Of a DNA stretch of 64,000 nucleotides, positions 1 through 9,061 are shown in pieces. How positions within the stretch are numbered: the stretch's first letter is position 1; each line of letters opens with the position of its first letter. This DNA is from Candidatus Moraniibacteriota bacterium (GTDB lineage Bacteria; Patescibacteriota; Minisyncoccia; Moranbacterales; UBA1568), in assembly GCA_030648835.1 (NCBI GenBank), contig JAUSGT010000002.1, positions 437,458 through 501,457 on the forward strand, in the 5' to 3' direction. A program made the translations under genes and the position numbers. The notes below the pieces were generated by a model. The model had not been told where the DNA came from. It did not search any database and saw nothing but the letters and a program-made list of their open reading frames with translations.

Positions 1-215
1 GTTCCTTCGATGACAGTGCCATCAGTCGTGTCAACTTCCATTTTGCGTGGTCGACCCGATTTCTTTTTACCTTCAAGTTGCAGAAGCATCGCTTTGGCGC
101 CCTGGATAGTTTTTTCGGCGCTCATCACCATATCGCGGAGAGCCTGAATTTTCATCGTTTGTTCCTGCCCGCTCTCTTGCTTCGGATCAACTTCTGTATT
201 GTTATTCGGTGTCAT
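1..215 (-). CDS. Hypothetical protein, N-terminal fragment; the gene runs off the window start
   Basis: The reverse-complement frame is open from an ATG at 215-213 to position 1 (MTPNNNTEVDPKQESGQEQTMKIQALRDMVMSAEK...) with no stop. It is absent from the ORF track, probably because it is truncated. There is an alternative ATG at 155-153. No recognisable domain. Confidence 0.3.
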   Translation of the reverse strand, partial: MTPNNNTEVDPKQESGQEQTMKIQALRDMVMSAEKTIQGAKAMLLQLEGKKKSGRPRKMEVDTTDGTVIEG

Positions 216-647
216 ACTTTTGTTTTTGGACTATTCCACAAAAGAAAATATCTTCTGTGGGAGGTGCCCCTTTTTTTGTTTGTTTTGTGTCTCCAGTATA
301 GATGGTTTCGTAAATTTATGCAAATCCTTTTTGTGCCAAGAGAGGAGCGGTTTGCTATTGCATCGGCAATGTACAAGAGTGAAAAAAAATTAAGCGTTTT
401 GTCGAAAAGGGGGATTACCACAATCATGAAATGGACTATTTTTTCCAATAGTTTCGGGTACGTAATCAGGCTTGATGTGTTGTCTTTACGGCCATCGTTA
501 TTTCCGGGGCGATACGCAAAGCGGCTGAAACCCTTGACCCCAGCACCTATCTTTTTGGAGACTGGTGAAAACTTTTTATCAAAGCCGATAGGCGACTACG
601 TCTTACGCTGTTTGTAACAGATATTTTTGTCAGAGATAGGTGCGGGG

Positions 648-677
648 TTGACAAAAAGTAAGAATATGCGGTAATAT
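648..677 (+). promoter_or_regulatory. Sigma-70-like promoter (TTGACA-18-TAATAT) upstream of the HTH protein gene
   Basis: TTGACA at 648-653, an 18-nt spacer and TAATAT at 672-677, about 50 nt upstream of the ATG at 730. Confidence 0.4.
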
Positions 678-729
678 TAATCGATTCAATAAGGAAGCGA
701 ATCATAACCGATAGAGAGGCAAAAAGCAT

Positions 730-1803
730 ATGGTGCACAACAATTACATTTTACCGAAGACCGTCAAAACAAGCGCTGAAGAGCCTTTGTCTTTTGGGGC
801 TGCTTTGGAGCAATTCTTGGGTCGTTTGCCAGCTCGCTCTCGCGATATTGTCATGGCTCGTTTTGGTATAGATGATGGTCGCTCAAAAACATTGGAAGAA
901 ATCGGACGGATCTACCAGATTACGCGGGAACGCGTGCGGCAAGTGATCGCGAGCGCTCTCGGATTTCTTGCCGGTCTTCATGAACATCCGACGCTTCTCA
1001 AAATATCAGAGCGAATTCAATCGACGCTGGAAGAAAAAAATGGTATCATAAAGACAGACAAGTTGCTCGATATCTTGGCGCCGAAGGGCGGAAAGGAACG
1101 CGGGGCTTTACTTACCTTCATTGAATGTCTCCCCATCATCAAACACGAGAAAGCAACAGAGGAGTATGAGGAGATCTATAGGTTGAATGATTTCTCGTTT
1201 GCCGAATGGAAGAAGGTGAAGGATGTGGCCAAAGCGATTCTTGAAGAAACCAATCAGGCGCTTGAAGAAGAGGAACTTTTCGTTCGTTTTCAAAAAAAGA
1301 ACAGTACGATAAGCAAACAAGAACTGTTTGATTTTCTTACCGTCTCGAAGGATGTTTGTCAAAACGTGTTTGGGAAATGGGGGCTTTCCAATTGGAGTGA
1401 TATCAAGCCACGGGGAACACGTGAGAAAGCACATCTGGTCCTGAAAACGAAAGGTGTACCGCTTCATTTCCGTCAGATTGCCTCACTGATCGATAGTTAT
1501 GGTCTGAAGAACAGCAAGAAACCGGAGAGTCATCCGCAGACCGTGCACAATGAGCTTATCAAAGACAAACGGTTTGTACTTATTGGTCGCGGTATTTACG
1601 CGCTTTCCGAATGGGGGTACAAGAAAGGCACTGTCAAAGAAGTTTTGGAAGAAATTTTGCGTAAAGCTACTCAGCCATTGTCCCGTGAAGAAGTGCTTGC
1701 TCAGGTTCTCAAGGTTCGCCAAGTCAAAAAATCGACCGTCATTATCAACCTGAATGCTTTTTTCAGTCGCGTCGGCAAAAACGCCTACAGTTTCAAAAAA
1801 TAA
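730..1803 (+). CDS. Sigma-70 region-4-like HTH domain protein with a C-terminal extension
   Basis: The N-terminal motif SRDIVMARFGIDDGRSKTLEEIGRIYQITRERVRQV resembles sigma-70 region 4. The rest is unassigned. Confidence 0.55.
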   Translation: MVHNNYILPKTVKTSAEEPLSFGAALEQFLGRLPARSRDIVMARFGIDDGRSKTLEEIGRIYQITRERVRQVIASALGFLAGLHEHPTLLKISERIQSTLEEKNGIIKTDKLLDILAPKGGKERGALLTFIECLPIIKHEKATEEYEEIYRLNDFSFAEWKKVKDVAKAILEETNQALEEEELFVRFQKKNSTISKQELFDFLTVSKDVCQNVFGKWGLSNWSDIKPRGTREKAHLVLKTKGVPLHFRQIASLIDSYGLKNSKKPESHPQTVHNELIKDKRFVLIGRGIYALSEWGYKKGTVKEVLEEILRKATQPLSREEVLAQVLKVRQVKKSTVIINLNAFFSRVGKNAYSFKK

Positions 1804-1888
1804 CTGTTGAGATCGTATCCTATCGCAGAAGCAGATATATTTTCTATTGTTACCGAAGAGGTAACGGGGTCAACGAACCCATATCAAC

Positions 1889-3187
1889 ATGGACACCCTC
1901 TTTTCCAGTCTTGCAGACGCTTTCGCGAATTTGTGGAATGTTTTTTCCGCCGCCTTTGATGTGTGGTTTATTATTTTTCCGCCGCTTTTTTTCTTTCTTT
2001 TCAAAATCCTTTGGAAATTACATGTAGAGGATAAGTTTGGAGCTAAGCTTAAGTGGGTGTTGCTCGAACTCATCCCACCGCGGGATATAGAGAAGAGCCC
2101 GCTTCCCATGGAGTCCATTTTTGCCGGATTTGCCGGTGTTATCAAAACCGCGACTGCTGCTGAAGTGTGGATCAAAGGAGAATTTCCAACAGCCTTTTCT
2201 TTGGAAATCGCGAGTACCGAAGGCAATGTCCATATGTATGTAAGGACACACGCCGGTTTTCGCCATCTTATCGAAGCGAACTTTTACGCCCAGTATCCGA
2301 ATATCGAGATCGTCGAGGTGCCGGATTATGTTCATACCGTCCCCATAACGGTGCCAAACAAGGATTGGGAACTGTGGGGGTGTGACTTTGGGTTGGCGAA
2401 GGATGATTTGTACCCGATCAGGACATACAAATACTTTGAAGAGTCGGTGACGGGGAAGATGATTGACCCTCTTGGCGGGGTGATTGAAACCATGGGAAAA
2501 ATCGGCCCCGGTCAGCATATGTGGATTCAGTGGATCATTACACCGATCAAAGAGACTTGGTACGATATCGGCGCGACCACGGTTGATGAATTTTTGGGAA
2601 AAGTAGAAGAGAAAAAACTAGGAGTGTTTGGACGTGTCTTCCACGATTTGCTGGATGTTTTCAAGAACATTGGTGGCGGTCTTCTGGCTCGGGAAGTGAC
2701 ATTCACTTCACCCGAAGAGAAAGAAGAAAAAGAAGAAGCTCCGGTTGAATTTCGTCTCACACCGGGGGAAAAAGAAGTTTTGAAAGCTCTCCAAGCGAAT
2801 CTCGCCAAGCAGATGTTCAGGACACGAATGCGTTATGTGTATATAGCGCGTAATGAAGTTTTCGATAAGCCAACGGGGGTTTCCGCTTTCATCGGCAGCA
2901 TAAAACAATTCAACGATTTTAACTTGAACAGCTTTTCGGTAGATGATCTGTCAAAAACGTACGCGGATTACCTGTTTACGAAGGAGCGTTTGCGTTATCG
3001 TCAGCGGCGTCTGCTTCGTCGCTATATCAAGCGTGATTCCGATCCGCAGAATACTCGTTTTCTTCTGAGCACCGAGGAGTTGGCAACCGTTTTCCATATA
3101 CCGGATATGGCGGTTATTGCTCCGACCATGGTGCGTGTGGCTGCCAAACATGGGGGAGCCCCGGTCAATTTACCGATTCAAGAATAA
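1889..3187 (+). CDS. Membrane-anchored hypothetical protein, possibly a partner or membrane module of the downstream T4CP-like ATPase
   Basis: N-terminal hydrophobic segment (FIIFPPLFFFLFKILW) followed by a soluble domain. Its stop is 7 nt before the start of the ATPase gene. Confidence 0.5.
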   Translation: MDTLFSSLADAFANLWNVFSAAFDVWFIIFPPLFFFLFKILWKLHVEDKFGAKLKWVLLELIPPRDIEKSPLPMESIFAGFAGVIKTATAAEVWIKGEFPTAFSLEIASTEGNVHMYVRTHAGFRHLIEANFYAQYPNIEIVEVPDYVHTVPITVPNKDWELWGCDFGLAKDDLYPIRTYKYFEESVTGKMIDPLGGVIETMGKIGPGQHMWIQWIITPIKETWYDIGATTVDEFLGKVEEKKLGVFGRVFHDLLDVFKNIGGGLLAREVTFTSPEEKEEKEEAPVEFRLTPGEKEVLKALQANLAKQMFRTRMRYVYIARNEVFDKPTGVSAFIGSIKQFNDFNLNSFSVDDLSKTYADYLFTKERLRYRQRRLLRRYIKRDSDPQNTRFLLSTEELATVFHIPDMAVIAPTMVRVAAKHGGAPVNLPIQE

Positions 3188-3193
3188 ACTACT

Positions 3194-5203
3194 ATGCCAC
3201 GTCACATTCAAAACGATATCACATTTTTTGCCAAGACCAATTTCCGCAACCAGGAAAAGGTCTTTGGTATCAAGACTGATGATCGTCGCCGGCATATGTA
3301 TGTCATCGGCAAGACGGGTATGGGCAAGACAAACTTGCTTGAGAATTTGGCTATCCAGGATATCCAGAAGGGCCACGGCATCGCTTTTCTTGATCCGCAC
3401 GGCGATACTGCGGAAAAGCTTATCAAAGCCATTCCCGCCTCGCGTATCAACGATGTCATCTATCTTAATCCGTCTGATCAGGAGTTTCCGATTGCGTTCA
3501 ACGTGATGGAAAAAGTTGAGCCTGAGTATCGGCATCTGGTGTGTTCTGGACTTGTGGGTGTGTTCAAAAAAATCTGGGCGGACTCTTGGGGCCCACGTCT
3601 CGAATATATTTTGCGAAACGCCATCTTGGCGCTTCTTGAATATCCGGGGAGCACGCTTCTCGGCGTGACGCGTATCCTGGTGGACAAGTCATACCGGGCG
3701 CGGGTGGTGGAGAAAATCACCGATCCGGTGGTGCGCAGTTTCTGGGTGGATGAATTTTCTATGTGGAACGATCGCGTACTACAGGAAGTCATTTCTCCGA
3801 TTCAGAACAAAGTCGGGCAATTCCTTTCCAGTTCTCTCATCAGAAACATCGTCGGTCAGACAGTGTCGTCATTCAATATTCGGGAAGTGATGGATCAGAA
3901 AAAAATTCTTATCATCAACCTTTCCAAAGGGCGGATTGGCGAAGACAACGGAGCGCTGCTTGGGGCTATGATGATTACCAAAATCCAATTGGCCGCGATG
4001 GGACGGGTGGATATTCCCGAGGACGAACGCAAAGATTTTTATCTGTATGTCGATGAATTTCAGAATTTCGCGACGGAGTCATTCGCGAATATTCTCTCTG
4101 AAGCGCGCAAGTACCATCTGAACCTGATTCTCGCCAATCAGTACGTGACGCAAATCGCTGAGGAAGTGCGTGACGCCATCTTCGGTAACGCGGGGAGTAT
4201 CATCTCATTTCGGGTGGGAGCGATGGATGCGGAATTTTTGGAAAAAGAATTTGAACCGGTGTTCATGATGAACGATATCGTAAATCTTGAGAAGTATCAT
4301 ATTTATCTGAAACTGATGATTGACGGAATCGCGGGGGATGCCTTTAGTGCGACAACACTTCCGCCCATCAAACTTGAAGACGCCGGCAACGAAGCAAAGA
4401 TCATCAATAGTTCCCGTGAGCGCTACTCCTCGAGTAAAGTCGAGGTAGAAGACAAGATCCGCCGGTGGAGCGGGATGCTGACGTCGGAGGAACGCCAAGC
4501 CATCGTTGATGAAAAACAGATGAGCACACCGCAAGCGGTATCGCAGGTAGCAACATTGCCGGGTCAGTCGGCCCCACCGCGCAGACCGGCAGCCGAGAGA
4601 GGTCAGATTTCCAAGAAAAGTGAAGCCGTGGTCGGTGCGCCTGTCGCACATTTGCCGAAAGAACGGAAGGAAAAAATAGCGGTGGAAAAAGTTGTGTCGC
4701 CTCCTCGTCAGTCGGCATCAACGGTTGTTTCCGATGCATCTTGGGAAAAAGAAGTAGTACCTAAAAAAGAGGAAGAAAAAACTCCGGAGCAAACAGGCGT
4801 GGCAAAGACACCCGTTTTTGCAACAGAGGAAAAGAAATTGTACAAGGCGTTTTGCGCGACGTGCGGAGTTGAGATCCAGGTGCCTTTTGTGCCGGATGGC
4901 AAGCGTCCGACATTCTGCAAAGATTGCCTGCGTGATTATCAGCGTTCCGTGGCCAAGGTAAAAAATGAGGTGGATGCGAAAAATGCGGCAGCCACTCTTT
5001 CTCCAAAGCTTTCGGTTTTATCCACGCCAGCGCCACGGGAGCGTGTCGCTCAGCATAAAACCTATGTTTCGACGGATGTACCGATGTCACTTTCGCAGAT
5101 CCAGCACGTGGGGCCCAAGAAGTTCAAGCCACTCCGCAATCGTCCCTCGGTCAACCTTGACGAAGTCCGCGCCCTCATCGATGCCAATAGGAAAGAGAGC
5201 TAA
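3194..5203 (+). CDS. TraD/VirD4/TraG-type (type IV coupling protein-like) P-loop ATPase with a low-complexity linker and a C-terminal CxxC...CxxC zinc ribbon
   Basis: Walker A IGKTGMGKT; an LDPHGD motif; Walker B YLYVDEFQNF; LILANQ. A C-terminal S/P/E/K-rich region is followed by CATCGVEIQVPFVPDGKRPTFCKDC. Confidence 0.7.
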   Translation: MPRHIQNDITFFAKTNFRNQEKVFGIKTDDRRRHMYVIGKTGMGKTNLLENLAIQDIQKGHGIAFLDPHGDTAEKLIKAIPASRINDVIYLNPSDQEFPIAFNVMEKVEPEYRHLVCSGLVGVFKKIWADSWGPRLEYILRNAILALLEYPGSTLLGVTRILVDKSYRARVVEKITDPVVRSFWVDEFSMWNDRVLQEVISPIQNKVGQFLSSSLIRNIVGQTVSSFNIREVMDQKKILIINLSKGRIGEDNGALLGAMMITKIQLAAMGRVDIPEDERKDFYLYVDEFQNFATESFANILSEARKYHLNLILANQYVTQIAEEVRDAIFGNAGSIISFRVGAMDAEFLEKEFEPVFMMNDIVNLEKYHIYLKLMIDGIAGDAFSATTLPPIKLEDAGNEAKIINSSRERYSSSKVEVEDKIRRWSGMLTSEERQAIVDEKQMSTPQAVSQVATLPGQSAPPRRPAAERGQISKKSEAVVGAPVAHLPKERKEKIAVEKVVSPPRQSASTVVSDASWEKEVVPKKEEEKTPEQTGVAKTPVFATEEKKLYKAFCATCGVEIQVPFVPDGKRPTFCKDCLRDYQRSVAKVKNEVDAKNAAATLSPKLSVLSTPAPRERVAQHKTYVSTDVPMSLSQIQHVGPKKFKPLRNRPSVNLDEVRALIDANRKES

Positions 5204-5272
5204 TCTATCACTTTTCTTGTTTCAGGATGGTATTTTTGGTACTATAGGAAGACATTGATAACGATAAAAATA

Positions 5273-5380
5273 TGAGTTTCAAAAAATGGCACAAAAGAAT
5301 CTACAAGTGGTGGGTAATCATATCTATTTTTGTTGTGGTGTCCATGGTAGGGTTTTTGGTAGCCCCGTTCTTTCTTTATT
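5273..5380 (+). CDS. Possible small membrane peptide of 35 aa
   Basis: ATG at 5273 encodes MSFKKWHKRIYKWWVIISIFVVVSMVGFLVAPFFLY, a single hydrophobic helix. It is below the ORF-track size cutoff and upstream of ftsB-like. Confidence 0.2.
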
Positions 5381-5407
5381 AGCAAACAAAATTTCACTGA
5401 CCTCGGT

Positions 5408-5809
5408 ATGGCACAACGCAGATGGTGGCTCAGGATGGTGGTAGTGGCGGTTCTCATCCTTATCGGTTGGGTGCTCTATGTTTCTTCCAAGCAGGTCGAG
5501 AGAAACCGTCGTATTCAGGAAGAAATCGGGACACTGGAAACCGAAGCCGCCAAAATCAGCCGTGAGAATGAGACGCTTTCCGAAAGGATCAGTTATTTTG
5601 CTTCGGATGACTTTCGCGAACAGGAGGCCAAAAAAAAGCTCGGGCTGAAAAAAACGGAAGAAACAGTTGTGGAAGTGAAGCCGGCGCCGGGATACGAGAA
5701 TGGAGGAGAAGCTTCTCGGGGAGAGTCGCAAGTATCATCCAAAAACAGCGAGGATGAGAGCGCGGCGAATTATAAAAAATGGTGGAAAGTATTTTTTGGG
5801 GTCCGTTGA
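5408..5809 (+). CDS. ftsB: Septum formation initiator (FtsB/DivIC family)
   Basis: N-terminal TM helix, a coiled-coil region and a conserved DFREQEAKKKLGL-type motif. Confidence 0.6.
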   Translation: MAQRRWWLRMVVVAVLILIGWVLYVSSKQVERNRRIQEEIGTLETEAAKISRENETLSERISYFASDDFREQEAKKKLGLKKTEETVVEVKPAPGYENGGEASRGESQVSSKNSEDESAANYKKWWKVFFGVR

Positions 5810-5818
5810 GATATACAT

Positions 5819-6877
5819 ATGTCCGATACCATACAAAAACTTTTAAAAAAGGTGCATGTGAGTACACTCGTTTATGGGGGGCTCATTGTTCTTGTTTTCC
5901 TTCTTGCGACCAGCCTTATAGCGGTATATACCGTTTCCAAGTCGAATGTTTTTGTTGATCGTTTGAAAAGCGCCTTACCGTATCCGATAGCGATTGTCAG
6001 CTATCAGGATGGTATTACCTATCGGACCCTCTCCAAAAATATGGCCTCTGTCAAGCGTTTCTATGAAGCGCAGGATTTTGGGCAAATCGGTTTGCGCGTG
6101 GACTTTTCTACGGCAGAGGGGCAGAAGCGTTTCAAAGTACGTGAGAAAGAAGTGTTGAACAAGATGATCGAGGATGCCGCCATCAAGCGTTTGGCGAATG
6201 AGCGGGGCATAGAGGTGAGCCAAGACGAAGCGGTACAGGGTGTTTTACGGAAGCTGGAGGAGTACGGCAGTGGCGAAGAAGTAAAGAAAGATCTCCTGCG
6301 TTTGTATGGTTGGACACTTGCGGATTTTGAAGAAAAAGTCGTGATGCCGAGTCTCTATCAGGAGAAATTGCAAGAGAGTTTTGTCAAAGAAGTAGATGTC
6401 GCATCCAATGCAAAAGGCAAAATACGTTTGGCCCAGGATGCTCTTCGCACCAGTAAGCCGTTTGCCGATGTTGCCAAGCAGTATTCGGAGGGGCAGACGG
6501 GGGCAGAGGGAGGATCTTTGGGCTGGTTTGCGCTTGAAGATTTAACTCCGGAACTCCGCCCAAGTGTGATACTTCAGAAAGTCGGAGTGCCGGGAGACGT
6601 AGTCGAGAGTAATTTGGGATTTCACATTCTCTTGGTGGAAGAAATCAAGAAAGAAGACAGTCGGCAGTTGTACCGCTTGAGGCAGATTTTCACGCGTAAG
6701 ACGACTTTTGCCGATTTTCTTTCGGAAAAGATGCATGGATTATCGATACTCATTCTGTCTCCGGAATACCAGTGGGATGCAAGAGAAGCGCGCGTGGAAT
6801 TCAGAAGACAGGAATTGCGCGATTTTGAAAAAAATCTTTTTGAGAAGGCAGACGGAGATGCAGCCTTCTTCTTTTAA
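5819..6877 (+). CDS. Membrane-anchored parvulin-type peptidyl-prolyl cis-trans isomerase (PrsA/SurA-like)
   Basis: N-terminal TM helix and the PpiC signature GGSLGWFALEDL...VVESNLGFHILLVEE. Confidence 0.75.
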   Translation: MSDTIQKLLKKVHVSTLVYGGLIVLVFLLATSLIAVYTVSKSNVFVDRLKSALPYPIAIVSYQDGITYRTLSKNMASVKRFYEAQDFGQIGLRVDFSTAEGQKRFKVREKEVLNKMIEDAAIKRLANERGIEVSQDEAVQGVLRKLEEYGSGEEVKKDLLRLYGWTLADFEEKVVMPSLYQEKLQESFVKEVDVASNAKGKIRLAQDALRTSKPFADVAKQYSEGQTGAEGGSLGWFALEDLTPELRPSVILQKVGVPGDVVESNLGFHILLVEEIKKEDSRQLYRLRQIFTRKTTFADFLSEKMHGLSILILSPEYQWDAREARVEFRRQELRDFEKNLFEKADGDAAFFF

Positions 6878-6914
6878 GTTTAGGAAATGAAGCAAAGGCC
6901 AGGAGTCACATAAA

Positions 6915-6939
6915 AGAGGCTTTGATAAGCCTCTTTTTA
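6915..6939 (+). terminator. Rho-independent terminator after the PPIase gene
   Basis: AGAGGCTT-TGAT-AAGCCTCT hairpin followed by TTTTT. Confidence 0.6.
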
Positions 6940-7038
6940 GCATTAATTTTTTTGGTTCTCGCTTCATAATTTCTCATCCCAATTCTTTTTTGTAATATGT
7001 TATAGTAAACATATTAGATTTTCCAATTTTTTGAAGAT

Positions 7039-7794
7039 ATGATTTTTCATTTTACTGTTTTTTTCTGGAGCGTTATTTTTGCCTTTGGATTGGAAGCGAT
7101 TGCGGGGAATCCGATTTCCCTCTCATGGGGCTGGTATTTCTTTTCCATTCTGCCGCTCGTGATTATTTCGCTTGTTGCGAGTCGGCGGATTACCAAACGG
7201 TATGCGGACGCGTTTTTACCGGGTCTTCTTTCCTTCGTCGCGCCGATGCTCCTTTCTCTTATCGACAATTCGACTGAGCGGCAAGTGTTCATTGCCTTGA
7301 GCACGCTCATGTATTACTTCTCGCTTTTGGGGATTTACCGTCTGCGACACGCGCCGGCCGACAAAACCGCCAAGGCTTTTCTTTATTCCGCGACCATGGC
7401 GGCCATGTTCTTTTTTTATACCGGGGTGTACGGATTTTATCTTAACTTTTCCTTTCCCCTGTGGGGTTTGATGCTCATCTATTTTCTCGGTACGGCGCTG
7501 ACGAGCTATGAAACCTTTCTTGGCGTGGAACAACAGGAACACCGACGTATGCGTCTGTATAGCGTACTTCTCGGTCTTGTTATGGGGGAGATGGCCTGGG
7601 TCATGAGTTTCTGGCCATTTGGCTATCTGACGACCGGGGCGATGGATCTTATTTTCTTTTTTGTTATCTGGGATATCGCGCTTGATGGTTTTCGTCAGAG
7701 GCTTTCGCTCAAAAAAGCGGTCGTAAGAATTCTCTTTTTTTCCGTATTGATAGCGCTTTTGCTTTCCAGTACTCCCTGGCGTATTCTGGTGTAG
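7039..7794 (+). CDS. Polytopic membrane protein, hypothetical
   Basis: Several hydrophobic helices; no recognisable motif. Confidence 0.45.
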   Translation: MIFHFTVFFWSVIFAFGLEAIAGNPISLSWGWYFFSILPLVIISLVASRRITKRYADAFLPGLLSFVAPMLLSLIDNSTERQVFIALSTLMYYFSLLGIYRLRHAPADKTAKAFLYSATMAAMFFFYTGVYGFYLNFSFPLWGLMLIYFLGTALTSYETFLGVEQQEHRRMRLYSVLLGLVMGEMAWVMSFWPFGYLTTGAMDLIFFFVIWDIALDGFRQRLSLKKAVVRILFFSVLIALLLSSTPWRILV

Positions 7795-7853
7795 AAAGAG
7801 GGGCCGTAGGGTTGCCAAAAATGGGAATATGTGCCAGAATAAGGGGTAAAATT

Positions 7854-9011
7854 ATGGTTCAAAAATCGATTAAAAAATACTCCTTTATCGTGCTTTCGGC
7901 GGCAGGTGTTTTTGTGTTGGGCGGATTCGGCGGGGTAATTTTCGACCGCTACATTATTCCGGAGCTGAGCACGTATCCTTTTGTGACACGCTCGGGACTT
8001 TTCAAGAAACTGACCGAACGGGTCACCGTCATCAATAAGACAGAGCAAGTGGTGATACGCGAAGACGATACGGTGGAAAAAATTATTTCTCAACCGGCCA
8101 CGGCAGTGGTAAATATCATCGCGCTGACGGGTGAAAACAATACCGCTAAGAAGGAAAGAGCTTCGGCAACGGGGGTGCTCATTACCAACGATGGTCTGGT
8201 GGTTACGTACAGTGAAAACCCGTTCGGTAATGGTGACCTTCGGTATGCGGCGCTCTTGTTTGATGGTACGAGTAAGGGAATGGTTTTTGTGGGGTATGAT
8301 CCGTTGACAAATCTTTCCTTCTTTCGTCTGAATGATGCCGCCAATACGCCGGCGATTGCCTTGGCGAATTCCGATGACGCCCGCGTGGGAAAAAAACTGA
8401 TCGCTCTCGGCAACGGATTTGCACAGTATCAGAACCGTCTCGCGGTCAGCACGCTTGGCTCCGTCAATCGTATCTTCAATCTTTCCGGTAAGACCGTCGC
8501 TTCATCCGAAAAATGGGAAGGTGTTTTTGAAATAGATCTGGCCGCTCCGGAAAGTTTTATTGGTGGTCCGGCAGTGAGTATGAATGGGGAAATGGTTGGG
8601 CTGATTGGAACACTGACGATCGATAACGTGGTGCACACCTTTCTTATCCCGTCCAATGTCGTTCGCGAATCGTTTGATCACGCGGTGAACGGGACACTTG
8701 GAATGCGTCCGGTTTTTGGAGTCTATTATCTTTCCATCACCAAAGCACTCGCCCTTGAACAGGGACTCGCTCGTGATCATGGCGCGCTCGTTTATTCTCC
8801 TTCAGGTAAGACAGGGTTGGCAGTCCTCTTTGATTCTCCGGCTATGAAAGCCGGACTCTTGGCCGGAGACATTATCGAAGCGGTGAATGACAAGGAGATC
8901 ACCCTTGATCAGCCGCTTCCCGAAATACTCAGCGGTTTCAACAAGGGTGATTCGATAGAACTCCTTATTCTCCGGAATGGAGAAGAGAAAAAAATTTCTG
9001 TGACTCTCTAG
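7854..9011 (+). CDS. HtrA/DegP-like trypsin-fold protein with a C-terminal PDZ domain; the catalytic His and Ser appear to be substituted
   Basis: N-terminal TM helix, a trypsin-like core and a PDZ domain (GDIIEAVNDKEITL...IELLILRNGEEKKISV). ATGVLITNDGLVV replaces the TNxHVV motif. FIGGPAV replaces GNSGGPL. The ORF track starts at 7812; the ATG at 7854 is more likely. Confidence 0.6.
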   Translation: MVQKSIKKYSFIVLSAAGVFVLGGFGGVIFDRYIIPELSTYPFVTRSGLFKKLTERVTVINKTEQVVIREDDTVEKIISQPATAVVNIIALTGENNTAKKERASATGVLITNDGLVVTYSENPFGNGDLRYAALLFDGTSKGMVFVGYDPLTNLSFFRLNDAANTPAIALANSDDARVGKKLIALGNGFAQYQNRLAVSTLGSVNRIFNLSGKTVASSEKWEGVFEIDLAAPESFIGGPAVSMNGEMVGLIGTLTIDNVVHTFLIPSNVVRESFDHAVNGTLGMRPVFGVYYLSITKALALEQGLARDHGALVYSPSGKTGLAVLFDSPAMKAGLLAGDIIEAVNDKEITLDQPLPEILSGFNKGDSIELLILRNGEEKKISVTL

Positions 9012-9061
9012 ACGGGGAGTCTTTTTTTGGTTACAATGAAGCAAATTGTTACAAAATATAT

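Noticed and set aside
78-617. 179-aa + strand ORF at the 5' end of the window
   Set aside because: The composition looks random (F/L/C/H/R-rich with no motifs). It overlaps a better-supported minus-strand partial gene (1-215) and the promoter region of the HTH protein gene, so I judge it spurious.
3117-5203. Multiple antisense and alternative-frame ORFs overlapping the TraD-like, P1-P6, Clp-like, secD and other long genes
   Set aside because: Each overlaps a longer ORF with clear family motifs on the opposite strand or in another frame. They are typical shadow ORFs.
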